64,000 nt of DNA from IMG/VR virus record IMGVR_UViG_3300003860_000003, positions 1 to 64,000 of that record, one strand, 5' to 3'. Source of the stretch: an uncultured virus (IMG/VR IMGVR_UViG_3300003860_000003) (lineage: Duplodnaviria; Heunggongvirae; Uroviricota; Caudoviricetes). A program made the translations under genes and the position numbers. Below are positions 10,183 to 19,970 of the stretch, piece after piece (positions within the stretch are counted from its first letter, which is position 1; every line of letters starts with the position of its first letter). The notes beneath the pieces are model-generated. The model saw nothing but the letters and a program-made list of their open reading frames with translations, was not told the origin of the DNA and did not search any database.

Positions 10183-10887
10183 TTATATATTACTATTAAA
10201 TATTTTATATAATTGTTTCATTTTTTCAACATCCATGTTTCTATTTCCATTAACAGTTTTACATCTAAATGTATATTCATCATTATGTTTTAAAAAAAAT
10301 AACGGATCTTGTAATCGTAGAATAGAATTTTCTAAGATATCAAATCTTTTAAAATTTTTAAAAAGATATGTATATGAATCTTTAAAAATTTTATTTTTTA
10401 AAAGATATTCTATTGCCATATCTTCGGGTTCTTTAACGGGGTTTGTCGCATTTCTATTTTCTAATATTTTTCCAATAACATCTTTTGAAAAAACCGCAGT
10501 TATTCCTGTAAATGTTCCTGGAACTACATTACTAGGAATAGCAGATCCAAATAAATCGATGGGTTTTTGCTCAGATAAAATTTTATGAAGATATTTTGTT
10601 CTTACATATGTACTAACATTAGTTCTAAACATTATATCAAAATCAATATTATCAAAAACTAGTTGAAATGCATCACAAGTTTTTTTAAACATCGGAATTC
10701 CATATGCATCAGATGTGGTTAAAAATATATTATTTCCTACAATTTCATTTTTAGGTTTATCTCCATAATAATACATTATTTGAATATCATTAGAAACATC
10801 TTGCCCCCACGTGGGTAGTATACCATTTTCTATTAAATTTGTGCTGGTTTGGTCATTTGCCCCTAATATTAAAATTAAAAGTTTCAT
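10183..10887 (-). CDS. putative glycosyltransferase (GT31-like)
   Basis: TWG, KT...F, FRTNVSTYV, EDMAI. Confidence 0.55.
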   Translation of the reverse strand: MKLLILILGANDQTSTNLIENGILPTWGQDVSNDIQIMYYYGDKPKNEIVGNNIFLTTSDAYGIPMFKKTCDAFQLVFDNIDFDIMFRTNVSTYVRTKYLHKILSEQKPIDLFGSAIPSNVVPGTFTGITAVFSKDVIGKILENRNATNPVKEPEDMAIEYLLKNKIFKDSYTYLFKNFKRFDILENSILRLQDPLFFLKHNDEYTFRCKTVNGNRNMDVEKMKQLYKIFNSNI

Positions 10888-10888
10888 T

Positions 10889-11590
10889 TTATATTTTTTT
10901 AGAATTCATATTATTTATTTCTTCCCAATTAATACCGGGAGATAAAAATGGTTCATGTACATGAGTAGATACGCCAGGTATTGGTTGATATAATCTTATT
11001 CCTTTTTCAAACATGTTTCTAAAAAATACTCTATCACGCCATCCATAAGTTTTAAAATTTGATATTATAATAGATTTTAATTCTTTTGATACAGCCCACG
11101 TTAAAGTAGTACTTTCAGCAGTTCTCCAATGTCTTCCATTATAAAAATAAATAGATTCTTTGTCTTTAGTAATGTCGTCAGTTCTAACATATCTGTCTAT
11201 ACAATCATATCCTGTTATTAAACCAAATTTTTTTACACCCATATATAAATGATCAATCGCTTCTGTAATATGCAAATAATCATCTTCGACAAAATATATG
11301 TCAGTATCTATATCATCAGAAAAATCAAGTTGATATTTTAATGAATTAGGTCCTGAATTTAATTTATTATAAATAATAGTATATCCACATTCTTCTATAA
11401 AATCTGATAAAATACATTTATCACCATCCATAAAAACAATAACATTTATATCGTTTTTATATTTACTACTCAAAATACTTTTATATAATGAATTAAAACA
11501 ATTTATTTTATTAAACCAAGATGGCCTTTCTTTACGTGTTAAAGGATATATTAATTCTTTATCACAGGCTCTATAAAGAATAGTTAGCAT
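10889..11590 (-). CDS. putative GT-A glycosyltransferase
   Basis: YFVEDDYLH, PIPGVSTH. Confidence 0.6.
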   Translation of the reverse strand: MLTILYRACDKELIYPLTRKERPSWFNKINCFNSLYKSILSSKYKNDINVIVFMDGDKCILSDFIEECGYTIIYNKLNSGPNSLKYQLDFSDDIDTDIYFVEDDYLHITEAIDHLYMGVKKFGLITGYDCIDRYVRTDDITKDKESIYFYNGRHWRTAESTTLTWAVSKELKSIIISNFKTYGWRDRVFFRNMFEKGIRLYQPIPGVSTHVHEPFLSPGINWEEINNMNSKKI

Positions 11591-11596
11591 ATTTTT

Positions 11597-12661
11597 TTAT
11601 TTACTAAATTGTTCTAAATCGCAAATCATCATTTTTCTAACTAATTCATGAAATGTTGTTGTTGGTTTCCACTTAAGTTTAGTTTTTGCTTTATAATAAT
11701 CTCCTACAAGATGTTCTACTTCAGCAGGCCTATAATATTTAGGATCAATTTCTATAAGTATTATATTATTATACATAAGTTTTTCATCTACGCCTTCTCC
11801 TATCCATTTAACTTTTCCACTAAATGGAGTATATTTAATAGCTTCATCAATAAATTCTTTTATCGTGTGAGTTTCTCCTGTTGCAATAACAAAGGTTTCT
11901 GGATTTTCTTGTTGAAGCATCATCCACATAGCCTCAACATAATCTGGTGCATATCCCCAATCTCTTTTAGAATAAAGATTTCCCATAGACAATGGCGGAA
12001 CAATTTGTTTATAATTTTGAACAACCTGATAACTATTTGAGAATTTAGATAATCCGATTGTTATTTTTCTTGTAACAAATGTTTCGCCTCGTCTTTCACT
12101 TTCATGATTAAAAAGTATGCCATTAATTGCAAATATTCCATAAGATTCTACATAATTTTCAAGAATCCAATATGAATATAATTTTGCTACTCCATATGGA
12201 CTTCTTGGGTGAAATCTTGTAGTTTCTTTTTGAGGAATTTCTGAGGCTTTTCCAAATAATTCTGATGTACATGCATTATATAATTTTGTTTTTGGAGAAT
12301 GTTTTCTTATAGATTCAAGAATATTTAATGTTCCAATTGCATCTACTTCTGCTGTATATCTTGGAAGATCAAAAGAAACTTTAACATGTGATTGCGCTGC
12401 TAAATGATAAATTTCAGTAGGCTGAAGATTTTTTATAAGATCATCAATTGCTAATGCATCAGTTACATCACCAAAATGTAATGTTAAATTTGAATTTGAA
12501 AAAATATGATCAATGCGTTGTGTATTAAAAGAAGATGCTCTTCTTATTATGCCATGCACAATATATCCCTTTGATAAAAGTAGTTCAGCCAAATAGGAAC
12601 CATCTTGCCCGTTGATACCAGTCACCAGGGCAATTTTTTTATTGCTTAATTTTATACTCAT
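11597..12661 (-). CDS. gmd: GDP-mannose 4,6-dehydratase
   Basis: TGINGQDGSYLAE, LAAQSHV, PRSPYGVAK, FNHESERRGETFVTRKI, RDWGYA. Confidence 0.97.
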   Translation of the reverse strand: MSIKLSNKKIALVTGINGQDGSYLAELLLSKGYIVHGIIRRASSFNTQRIDHIFSNSNLTLHFGDVTDALAIDDLIKNLQPTEIYHLAAQSHVKVSFDLPRYTAEVDAIGTLNILESIRKHSPKTKLYNACTSELFGKASEIPQKETTRFHPRSPYGVAKLYSYWILENYVESYGIFAINGILFNHESERRGETFVTRKITIGLSKFSNSYQVVQNYKQIVPPLSMGNLYSKRDWGYAPDYVEAMWMMLQQENPETFVIATGETHTIKEFIDEAIKYTPFSGKVKWIGEGVDEKLMYNNIILIEIDPKYYRPAEVEHLVGDYYKAKTKLKWKPTTTFHELVRKMMICDLEQFSK

Positions 12662-13400
12662 ACAACATATTTATTATCGATTTAAAAAATTCTATCCAAC
12701 TATCTCTATGAGAATTTGTTTTCATATGATCACTTTTACACAAAGTTACTAAGTTTTCTTCTATACTATTATGTTTATTATAATCTATATGATGCACAAC
12801 ATACCCAGATTTTCCACAAATAACACATTTATAATTATCTCTAATTCTTACTTTAGTTTTAAGTTCTTCATTAAATAGTGTATCATAAGGCTCATTACTT
12901 ATTCCTCCAAACCATGAACCATTTTTTTCTCTTCTAATTTTATCGCCCTGCCCAAACATAGGATTATTTTTATCTTTACAATCTCTATGGTTTTCACTTA
13001 TTTTTGCTAATGACTCGGGTTTATGTTTTTTTCCAAAGAAAGGATTTTTTAAACCACGTAATGATTCACTTATTTTTTTATTATGTTCTTTAGTATGTTT
13101 TTTACCTTTTTTATTTTCTTTAATTTGATTTAATTTTTCGTCTGCTATCTCTTTTCCAAATTTATTTATCCAAATATCATAATATGATCTTCCAAACATT
13201 GGATTTTTTTCTCCAATTAATCCTTTCTTTTTGTTTATTTCATCAAAATGTTTTTTTCCTTTATTTCTTTTTCCATTATTTCTTTTTGCACAAATAGAAC
13301 AACAAAACCTCTTTTTTGATTTTTTATTTATTATAAATTCATTACTGCATTCTTCGCAGAGTCTTTTTTCAAATATAATTTCTTGTTTTTTTCTTCCCAT
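12639..13400 (-). mobile_element. free-standing HNH endonuclease with NUMOD3-like repeats
   Basis: CxxC N-terminus, NPMFG/NPFFGKKH repeats, RDNYKCVICG..VHHIDY...NLVTLC..H; overlaps the gmd start. Confidence 0.88.
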
Positions 13401-13455
13401 AATATATAAAATCGTTTATTGTATATATTATTTTAATTACTGACATAATTGATAT

Positions 13456-13503
13456 TTAATGTGGGCCAGTTATCCCGGTGATAAGCGCTATTTTTTTATT
13501 CAT
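13456..13503 (-). pseudogene. orphaned original 5' end of gmd (MNKKIALITGITGPH*)
   Basis: manual translation; matches NKKIALVTGING of intact gmd with different codons. Confidence 0.85.
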
Positions 13504-13508
13504 TAAAA

Positions 13509-14288
13509 TTATTTTTTAAGTATTTTATATATACATTCATTATCATATTGATCTATATATGATTTTGTATATAAAGTTTTAAAATTTGTTTCTATTATAT
13601 CTTCAATATATTTATACGTTAATTTTAAAGGATGTCCAGAATCATAAATTCTTTCATAAAATTCATCAATATTTTTTTCTTTAATAAATTTATCATGAAA
13701 AATAAAAATACCATTATCACATAATATATTAGATATTTTTTTAAATATTTCATCAACATCAAAACAATGTTCTATTACATTTATCATTACAACTAATTGA
13801 TATTCTTTTGTTGTTATATAATTTTCTATAGCACAATTATATAAATTAACTTTTAACATATTTAAATAACCGTTTTTATATGCACAGGATGGAGAATGAT
13901 TGATATATTCGTTTATAAGCGGATCTAATAAATCAATATTTTTAATAGGCAGATGATATATTTTTGGAACTATTAATCGTAAATTAGTAAATGGCCCACA
14001 TCCTAATTCAATTATATTAAGATATGTGTTAGGAAGCATAAAATTTAATTCTTCATATCCACCAAAGTGTTTTTCATGCTCTTCATTATGATCAGTTTCC
14101 ATGTTTTTAGCTGCAGAATCACACCAAGTTTTTCGTTCATATGATTGCGCTTCATTCCAACGTTCAATATCTACTTTAGGAACACCTACATTTTTTATAA
14201 AATATTGTTTGTCATTATGTTCTTTTAATAATTTTTCAGCAGCTTCTCCTTCAAATATATTTACATCTTTATCTACATATATTTTCAT
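13509..14288 (-). CDS. class I SAM-dependent methyltransferase
   Basis: IELGCGP, LLDPL, NVIEH. Confidence 0.8.
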   Translation of the reverse strand: MKIYVDKDVNIFEGEAAEKLLKEHNDKQYFIKNVGVPKVDIERWNEAQSYERKTWCDSAAKNMETDHNEEHEKHFGGYEELNFMLPNTYLNIIELGCGPFTNLRLIVPKIYHLPIKNIDLLDPLINEYINHSPSCAYKNGYLNMLKVNLYNCAIENYITTKEYQLVVMINVIEHCFDVDEIFKKISNILCDNGIFIFHDKFIKEKNIDEFYERIYDSGHPLKLTYKYIEDIIETNFKTLYTKSYIDQYDNECIYKILKK

Positions 14289-14294
14289 TTTTAA

Positions 14295-15590
14295 TTATAT
14301 TATTTCAAATTTAGGACATGGTATAATAAAATGCCCACCCTTTTCTAAATATGATTTTTCTCTTTCTTTAAATTCATCTATAAAATGCCAAGGTAAAACG
14401 AGTAAATAATCTGGATGAATATTTCTCATGGTTTCTTCAGAATGAATAGGTATATTTGTACCTATTGTTTTTAGTCCAAATTTATAAGGGCTTCTTTCTG
14501 CAGCGCCATCTATCCACAAATTATCTAATCCAAACCACTGAAGAAGTGTATTACCTTTAGTTGATGCGCCATAAACCCATATACTTTTTCCTGATTCATG
14601 TGCTTTCATAACAAATTCGCAAGTCTGTTTTTTTAACTCTTGAATATCATTCCAAAAGTTTATATAGGATTCCTTATCTTTAAGATTTAATGTCTTCTCA
14701 TATTCCCTGAGTGATTGTAGACGCATTTGAGCTACATCTCTATATGGTGAAGATCCAAAAGATTCTGGCTTTGCTTTTTGTTTTTGAATATATGTTCTAA
14801 AGCTTCCGCCATTAACATCATTTAATATAACATCGACTACTTTAAATCCAATCTGCCTTAACATATATTCCATTGAATATAAAGAATGATAAAATACATG
14901 TTCATGACAAATATTATCAAATGCAAGTTGTTTAATCATTAATGGCATATAACTTTGTTGAATAACAAATAAACCATCATCTTCCATAATATCGTAAACA
15001 TCTTTAAGAAATAAAAGAGGATCTTCAAGATCATAAAACATAGCAATACATGTAACAATAGAAGCTTTAGTTAATTCTCCAGATATTATTGGTTCCCATT
15101 TTTCATAAACATCTTTTGAGAAAAAATCTTTAACTGCAATATCACAATTATTTTTTGCTTCAATTTGAAAACTTCCTTCTGCTGGATCTATTCCTATCCG
15201 TTCATATTTCTTATTATTGACAAATGATAATAATGTTCCATCATTTGATGCTATGTCTAAAAATACTAATTTATCATAAGGATCATCTACATCATTTTTT
15301 GCCTTTATTTTAGATAAATTCATACAAGAATTAGCAATATCAAAAAGTTCCATTTTCATAGTAGTATTAGTACCCGAACGATACCAATATTTGCCATACA
15401 TAAAATCTTTATCTGCATTTTCTTTTAACTGAAGGCACTGAGTATCTGGAGATAACATCAATGTTAAATCCCATTTTTTTGTTCCTCTATAGTCTCCTTC
15501 TGTTTTAATAAAATCTGATATATAAAGATCTCCTAACGAAAATAATTCTATAAGGGGAGAATTTGTTATTCTACAATTTGTATTTTTCAT
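14295..15590 (-). CDS. NDP-sugar C-methyltransferase (Methyltransf_13/14 type)
   Basis: YWYRSG, LDIASNDGTLL, FDNICHEH, VNGGS, YGASTKGNTLL, LVLPWHF. Confidence 0.9.
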   Translation of the reverse strand: MKNTNCRITNSPLIELFSLGDLYISDFIKTEGDYRGTKKWDLTLMLSPDTQCLQLKENADKDFMYGKYWYRSGTNTTMKMELFDIANSCMNLSKIKAKNDVDDPYDKLVFLDIASNDGTLLSFVNNKKYERIGIDPAEGSFQIEAKNNCDIAVKDFFSKDVYEKWEPIISGELTKASIVTCIAMFYDLEDPLLFLKDVYDIMEDDGLFVIQQSYMPLMIKQLAFDNICHEHVFYHSLYSMEYMLRQIGFKVVDVILNDVNGGSFRTYIQKQKAKPESFGSSPYRDVAQMRLQSLREYEKTLNLKDKESYINFWNDIQELKKQTCEFVMKAHESGKSIWVYGASTKGNTLLQWFGLDNLWIDGAAERSPYKFGLKTIGTNIPIHSEETMRNIHPDYLLVLPWHFIDEFKEREKSYLEKGGHFIIPCPKFEII

Positions 15591-15954
15591 ATTGTTTTTC
15601 TTCTATTATACTTGAGTTATATTGAAGATTGATTTGTCTTTTTACTTCTGATCGTTTATCATTCCAAAAATAAACTGATCGAGCCAATTCAATAAATTCA
15701 TCATTATGGAAATCTTTATTTTTTTCTTTTATTCGTATTTTATCTTCTATATTCCATATGTGACTGTTTATATTGTATAATTCTGTATGATATATTCCAT
15801 CAATATCAAAATTTTCAGCAATATCTTGAAGAATATCTAATTCTTTTTGAATATTTTCTAATTTAATTGTATCTTTAACATTTTCTTTTTTAATAAGCAA
15901 AATCGATATTTTATCATATAATTCTCCTAATGATACAGGTACAAGTATTTCCAT
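15571..15954 (-). CDS. DUF6165-like protein
   Basis: PVSLGELYDKISIL.IK, WNIED.IR, ELARSVY..ND.R. Confidence 0.7.
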   Translation of the reverse strand: MEILVPVSLGELYDKISILLIKKENVKDTIKLENIQKELDILQDIAENFDIDGIYHTELYNINSHIWNIEDKIRIKEKNKDFHNDEFIELARSVYFWNDKRSEVKRQINLQYNSSIIEEKQYEKYKL

Positions 15955-15970
15955 TTTATAGATTATTAAA

Positions 15971-16687
15971 TTATTTTAAAATTGTCCAATTTAATTTAAA
16001 TTGATGATTAGGATTTTCTCCCATATCTGTTCTTGCATAATGATGATAAAATAAATGATCATTTTTTATTTGCATAGTATCTATTAAACAGGAAAAAGAA
16101 CTATTCATTACATGAACTTCTTTAGCATGTTCTATTGTGTATATAAAATCAAATATTCCCACATCTTTATAATCAGTTGCTCTAATAATTTTAATTCCTT
16201 TTTCTATAGTTTCAGGTTTAAAATATCTTCCTCTTTCTCTATCGTCATGAACAAATAAATATTCTTCTTCATCTTTTAAATTAAGTCTATTATAATATGC
16301 ATTTTTCTCAGATTCAATATCTCTTTCAAAGTAAAATTTATTCCATTTATCTTCAAATGGAACATCAGCTGCTACATAGAATCCGTGATCAAATGATAAG
16401 AATGCCTTTTCTACATCTAATTTTCTAAACCATTCTGGAGTTATTCCTATAATTTTATAATTATTATTAGGATTTATTTGCATAAAAAATCTTACATCTG
16501 GATCATCTAATGGTAGCACTTTTAATTTTGTTAGATCTTTATACAAACGTACAACATTAGTATTATTTCGTGGTTTTGCAAATAAAAATACTTTATCGTA
16601 TCTTTCTGCATAGGTTCTTACTATTCCATTGCAAAGAAAATGATCGCCTAACCCAAGATGATGGTAAATGTATATTGAATTTTCCAT
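15971..16687 (-). CDS. hypothetical glycan-related protein, paralog 1 of 3
   Basis: HLGLGD, KW..FYFERD, YTIEHAKEVH shared with 25081 and 25822. Confidence 0.65.
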   Translation of the reverse strand: MENSIYIYHHLGLGDHFLCNGIVRTYAERYDKVFLFAKPRNNTNVVRLYKDLTKLKVLPLDDPDVRFFMQINPNNNYKIIGITPEWFRKLDVEKAFLSFDHGFYVAADVPFEDKWNKFYFERDIESEKNAYYNRLNLKDEEEYLFVHDDRERGRYFKPETIEKGIKIIRATDYKDVGIFDFIYTIEHAKEVHVMNSSFSCLIDTMQIKNDHLFYHHYARTDMGENPNHQFKLNWTILK

Positions 16688-16692
16688 ATATT

Positions 16693-17364
16693 TTATATAG
16701 TGTTTCTGAAGTATTGTTTTGCTTTATGTTCTCTTTCTAATTTAAGATCCCATATATATGTATAATCATCTGATGGGTAAGTAACAAAGGGATAATATGT
16801 AAAAGATGCAAGTTTCTTATTACTTATAATGCTATTATACATATCATCTGTTGTAGTTTCAAATTGCGATAAATGATCAATTAATTTTTGATATGCTGTA
16901 TTTTTTATCATCATTGAATGTGTGCACTCTGTAAAAATAGAAAGAACAATATTAGGTAGATCTAATAAAGGTTTAGGCGCAAATCCTAAACGTGGAATTC
17001 CTGAAAGATATACGTGTTCCCAAAATGCAGGAAGAATTCTAATTAAAAAATTTATTCTTTTTTCAAAATCATCAGCCATGATTATATCATCTTCTAATAC
17101 AATTAAATATGGCCAATCTTTTTCTTGTGCAATTTTAAGTGCATTTATATGAGACATAGTACATGCTATTTCTCCTGGCTTAAATTTTTCACCAAAACGA
17201 TACCCTCCCTGTAAAGATATTCTTTTATTAAGTTCTTGTTCAGAAAGGTTTTTTCCATCAACAGCATCCATTATTATTGCATCAATCTTTCTTTCTTCTA
17301 ATTGAGCTTTTATACGTTCTCTTCTATTTACAGCTCTTTCGAGACTGATTACAACTATATTCAT
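16693..17364 (-). CDS. glycosyltransferase family 25
   Basis: VISLERAVNRR, DAVDG, GEIACTMSH, LEDD. Confidence 0.88.
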   Translation of the reverse strand: MNIVVISLERAVNRRERIKAQLEERKIDAIIMDAVDGKNLSEQELNKRISLQGGYRFGEKFKPGEIACTMSHINALKIAQEKDWPYLIVLEDDIIMADDFEKRINFLIRILPAFWEHVYLSGIPRLGFAPKPLLDLPNIVLSIFTECTHSMMIKNTAYQKLIDHLSQFETTTDDMYNSIISNKKLASFTYYPFVTYPSDDYTYIWDLKLEREHKAKQYFRNTI

Positions 17365-17367
17365 AAT

Positions 17368-18135
17368 TTAAAATTTATGAGGCATTCCCCCTATTAATAT
17401 TTCATATCTTTGTTTACAAAGTTCACATGTTCTACATAACAAATCAGACATACTCTTATTAGAGAGCTGTGTTATAATAGTTCTATCTAAGTTATTGTAA
17501 TTAGTTTCGTTTAAATTTCCTAATTTATGTTTTAATCCATAATCCATACAACATATATAAACATCGCCATTAGGCATAACTAAATTATGATTAAAATCTT
17601 CAGGCGCAGATGAACAAAATACAGGTCCTTTTACTGGTGTCATTTCAAATAGATTGCCGCCTCTTGACCAAAGAGTAAGTCCTTTTTTAGATTTATCTGG
17701 AGATTCAATAAATGCTAATCCAAATTTTTGTTTAGATCGTATTGAACTTTCAAATAATGTTCTTTTTACATTAAATTTTTCTGAATTAAATGATTTACCA
17801 TCGTATTGATGAAAAACTACACTATCAAAATATAGTCCTTTTAAAACTTCAACATCATTTTCTGTAAAACCTGTAAGAGTAGTATATAAAACAGTGTTAT
17901 ATCCATTTTCAATAGAATATTTCATCATCAAAGATGATTCTTTATTTAAAAATGCTTCTGAAAAACCTGAAAAATCAATGCCAACATTTTTGGGAACATT
18001 GGCCATTATCTTTTTAAAATCTTCAAAACTCATTTTTTTCTTTTTGTCTGTATATGCTTTTATGAGTAACTCTTGCGGACAATACGAACACATATTGCTG
18101 CATCCAACGATTGTTGTAATTTCTAATTTTTTCAT
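17368..18135 (-). CDS. radical SAM / SPASM-domain protein
   Basis: CSNMCSYC; NGDVYICCMD...LGN...CRTC; start placed at MKKLEITT (track 18168). Confidence 0.88.
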   Translation of the reverse strand: MKKLEITTIVGCSNMCSYCPQELLIKAYTDKKKKMSFEDFKKIMANVPKNVGIDFSGFSEAFLNKESSLMMKYSIENGYNTVLYTTLTGFTENDVEVLKGLYFDSVVFHQYDGKSFNSEKFNVKRTLFESSIRSKQKFGLAFIESPDKSKKGLTLWSRGGNLFEMTPVKGPVFCSSAPEDFNHNLVMPNGDVYICCMDYGLKHKLGNLNETNYNNLDRTIITQLSNKSMSDLLCRTCELCKQRYEILIGGMPHKF

Positions 18136-18140
18136 TAATA

Positions 18141-19007
18141 TTATTTTTTTATTATATTTATTAGCCAATCTTTAAAACCATCAATATTATTTAAATGTTT
18201 TTGACGCTGTTCATCTGTAAATACTGGCTTTGAATACATATCTCGAAATAAAATAGGATCTCTTTCCATAGAATGAACTAATTCATGCGCTGCTTGTTGT
18301 CCAAGTTTTCCTACATTTATAAATGCTTCTTTATTCCAGTCTTCGTTTACTTTAGGATCGCCCCAATATAAAGGTAAACTGCCTGCTAGAAATGCATCCA
18401 TTAGCTTTTCAGTACAATAATAAGGATATGAATTATTTTCAAATACTATAGCATATTTATGTTTATATTGTTGAAAAAATTCATATTTTGCTTGTCTCCA
18501 ATATTTTCCTTGTGAAGCTTTTATTAAATCATAACTATTTGTCTTATATCTTCCATATGAAAACCATTGCAGCCAAGATACAAAACTAAAACTATCATAA
18601 AATCCGTTTCTAAAGAAATTACCAGGATTTGATACAACAAAAGAACCACCTCTATCAAAATGTTCATAGTTAATTCTTGGTCCAAATAATGCTTCTTTTT
18701 GAACAGGACTTAGAATCATATATAATTGCCATAAAGGTAATCTATAATTTGTTTCAGTTTGAGGATCAAAAGATATAGAATAATCAGATTTAAAATTTGT
18801 TGGTCTATAATTTTCACCAAGATAAAGAATTTTTTTACACTTATAATTAGGAGTTTCTCGCATACCACCAAATATAGAATGTATAATTACATCAGGATTA
18901 TTTTTTGTTATTTCTACATCAAAATGATTTTGAAGAATCGGTAAAAATATATTTTCATCTGTTATTTCTGGCCAAAAATCTAAAAAGGCTACTTTTAATT
19001 TGTCCAT
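18141..19007 (-). CDS. GT10 alpha-1,3-fucosyltransferase-like protein
   Basis: GEN, YRLPLW, IVFENNSYPYYCTEKLMDAFLAGSLPLYWG. Confidence 0.9.
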   Translation of the reverse strand: MDKLKVAFLDFWPEITDENIFLPILQNHFDVEITKNNPDVIIHSIFGGMRETPNYKCKKILYLGENYRPTNFKSDYSISFDPQTETNYRLPLWQLYMILSPVQKEALFGPRINYEHFDRGGSFVVSNPGNFFRNGFYDSFSFVSWLQWFSYGRYKTNSYDLIKASQGKYWRQAKYEFFQQYKHKYAIVFENNSYPYYCTEKLMDAFLAGSLPLYWGDPKVNEDWNKEAFINVGKLGQQAAHELVHSMERDPILFRDMYSKPVFTDEQRQKHLNNIDGFKDWLINIIKK

Positions 19008-19019
19008 ATTATTTTATAT

Positions 19020-19958
19020 TTAAAGATTTAATAAACTATTAATTCTTTCTAGTACTTGTATATTCTTAAATCCATCAAAAGCGTTAGATATAGGTTTAAT
19101 ATTATTATTTCTTATACACTCAAAGAAATGTCTACATTGTTTTTCTAATGGTGATATAGTATTATTATACTGTACAATATCGATTTCTCTAGTTATATTA
19201 TCTATTAAAACTATTGACTTGTCATCAAATATTGCTTGTTTTTTAGACCCATTTATAATTATTTCTCTTACTTTATTTGGATATTTATTACAAACTTCAA
19301 TATACACATTTATTATATGTAAATTAGGATCATTATAAATATATGGTGAATTTAATTTATTTTTATTATTATATTCTAAATTAAATACGCAATGAGTAAT
19401 ATCCCCCATTATATTTTTCATTTCATAACTATACTTATCACCAAAAAAATAATCTAATATGTATATATCGTGCGCGCCAGCTTCCCATAACGCATTTAAA
19501 TATTTATAACTTGTACTTAATCTTTTTGAAAAAAAAGATTCAACTTTACCTATTTTTTTGTTATCTATTAATTTTTTTAATTGTACTATACCGTCATGAT
19601 GTAAATAAATATGTCCGGGCATTAATATAAGTTCTTCTTCTATTGCTATATGAAATAATTTTGAAGCTTCTTCAGAAGTTCTTGTAAATGGTTTTTCTAA
19701 TAATACATGCTTTCTTGCTATTAGGCAGTCTTTTGCTATTTCATAGTGTGTTTCAAGTGGTGTTGCAATTATAATGCATTCTACATCTTTATCATGCAGA
19801 ATATCTTTATAGTTGTTAGTGAATTTTGTATTTGTTGGTGCAAATTTTTCTGTATCAGTTTTTGCACATACCCAGGATAAATTTATATCTTCTATACTCA
19901 TTAAAGTATGTACATATTTTTTACCCCAATATCCTGTTCCAATTAATGCTACATTCAT
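19020..19958 (-). CDS. Gfo/Idh/MocA oxidoreductase (probable NDP-sugar 3-ketoreductase)
   Basis: IGTGYWG, IATP..TH, HVLLEKP; adjacent to the 2,3-dehydratase. Confidence 0.85.
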   Translation of the reverse strand: MNVALIGTGYWGKKYVHTLMSIEDINLSWVCAKTDTEKFAPTNTKFTNNYKDILHDKDVECIIIATPLETHYEIAKDCLIARKHVLLEKPFTRTSEEASKLFHIAIEEELILMPGHIYLHHDGIVQLKKLIDNKKIGKVESFFSKRLSTSYKYLNALWEAGAHDIYILDYFFGDKYSYEMKNIMGDITHCVFNLEYNNKNKLNSPYIYNDPNLHIINVYIEVCNKYPNKVREIIINGSKKQAIFDDKSIVLIDNITREIDIVQYNNTISPLEKQCRHFFECIRNNNIKPISNAFDGFKNIQVLERINSLLNL

Positions 19959-19970
19959 AATTTATATTAT

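Noticed and set aside
12639..13455. Group I intron in gmd (and likewise in kamA and the kinase)
   Set aside because: There is almost no non-coding sequence to form a ribozyme core, each host gene is already a complete ORF, and the kamA nuclease is antisense
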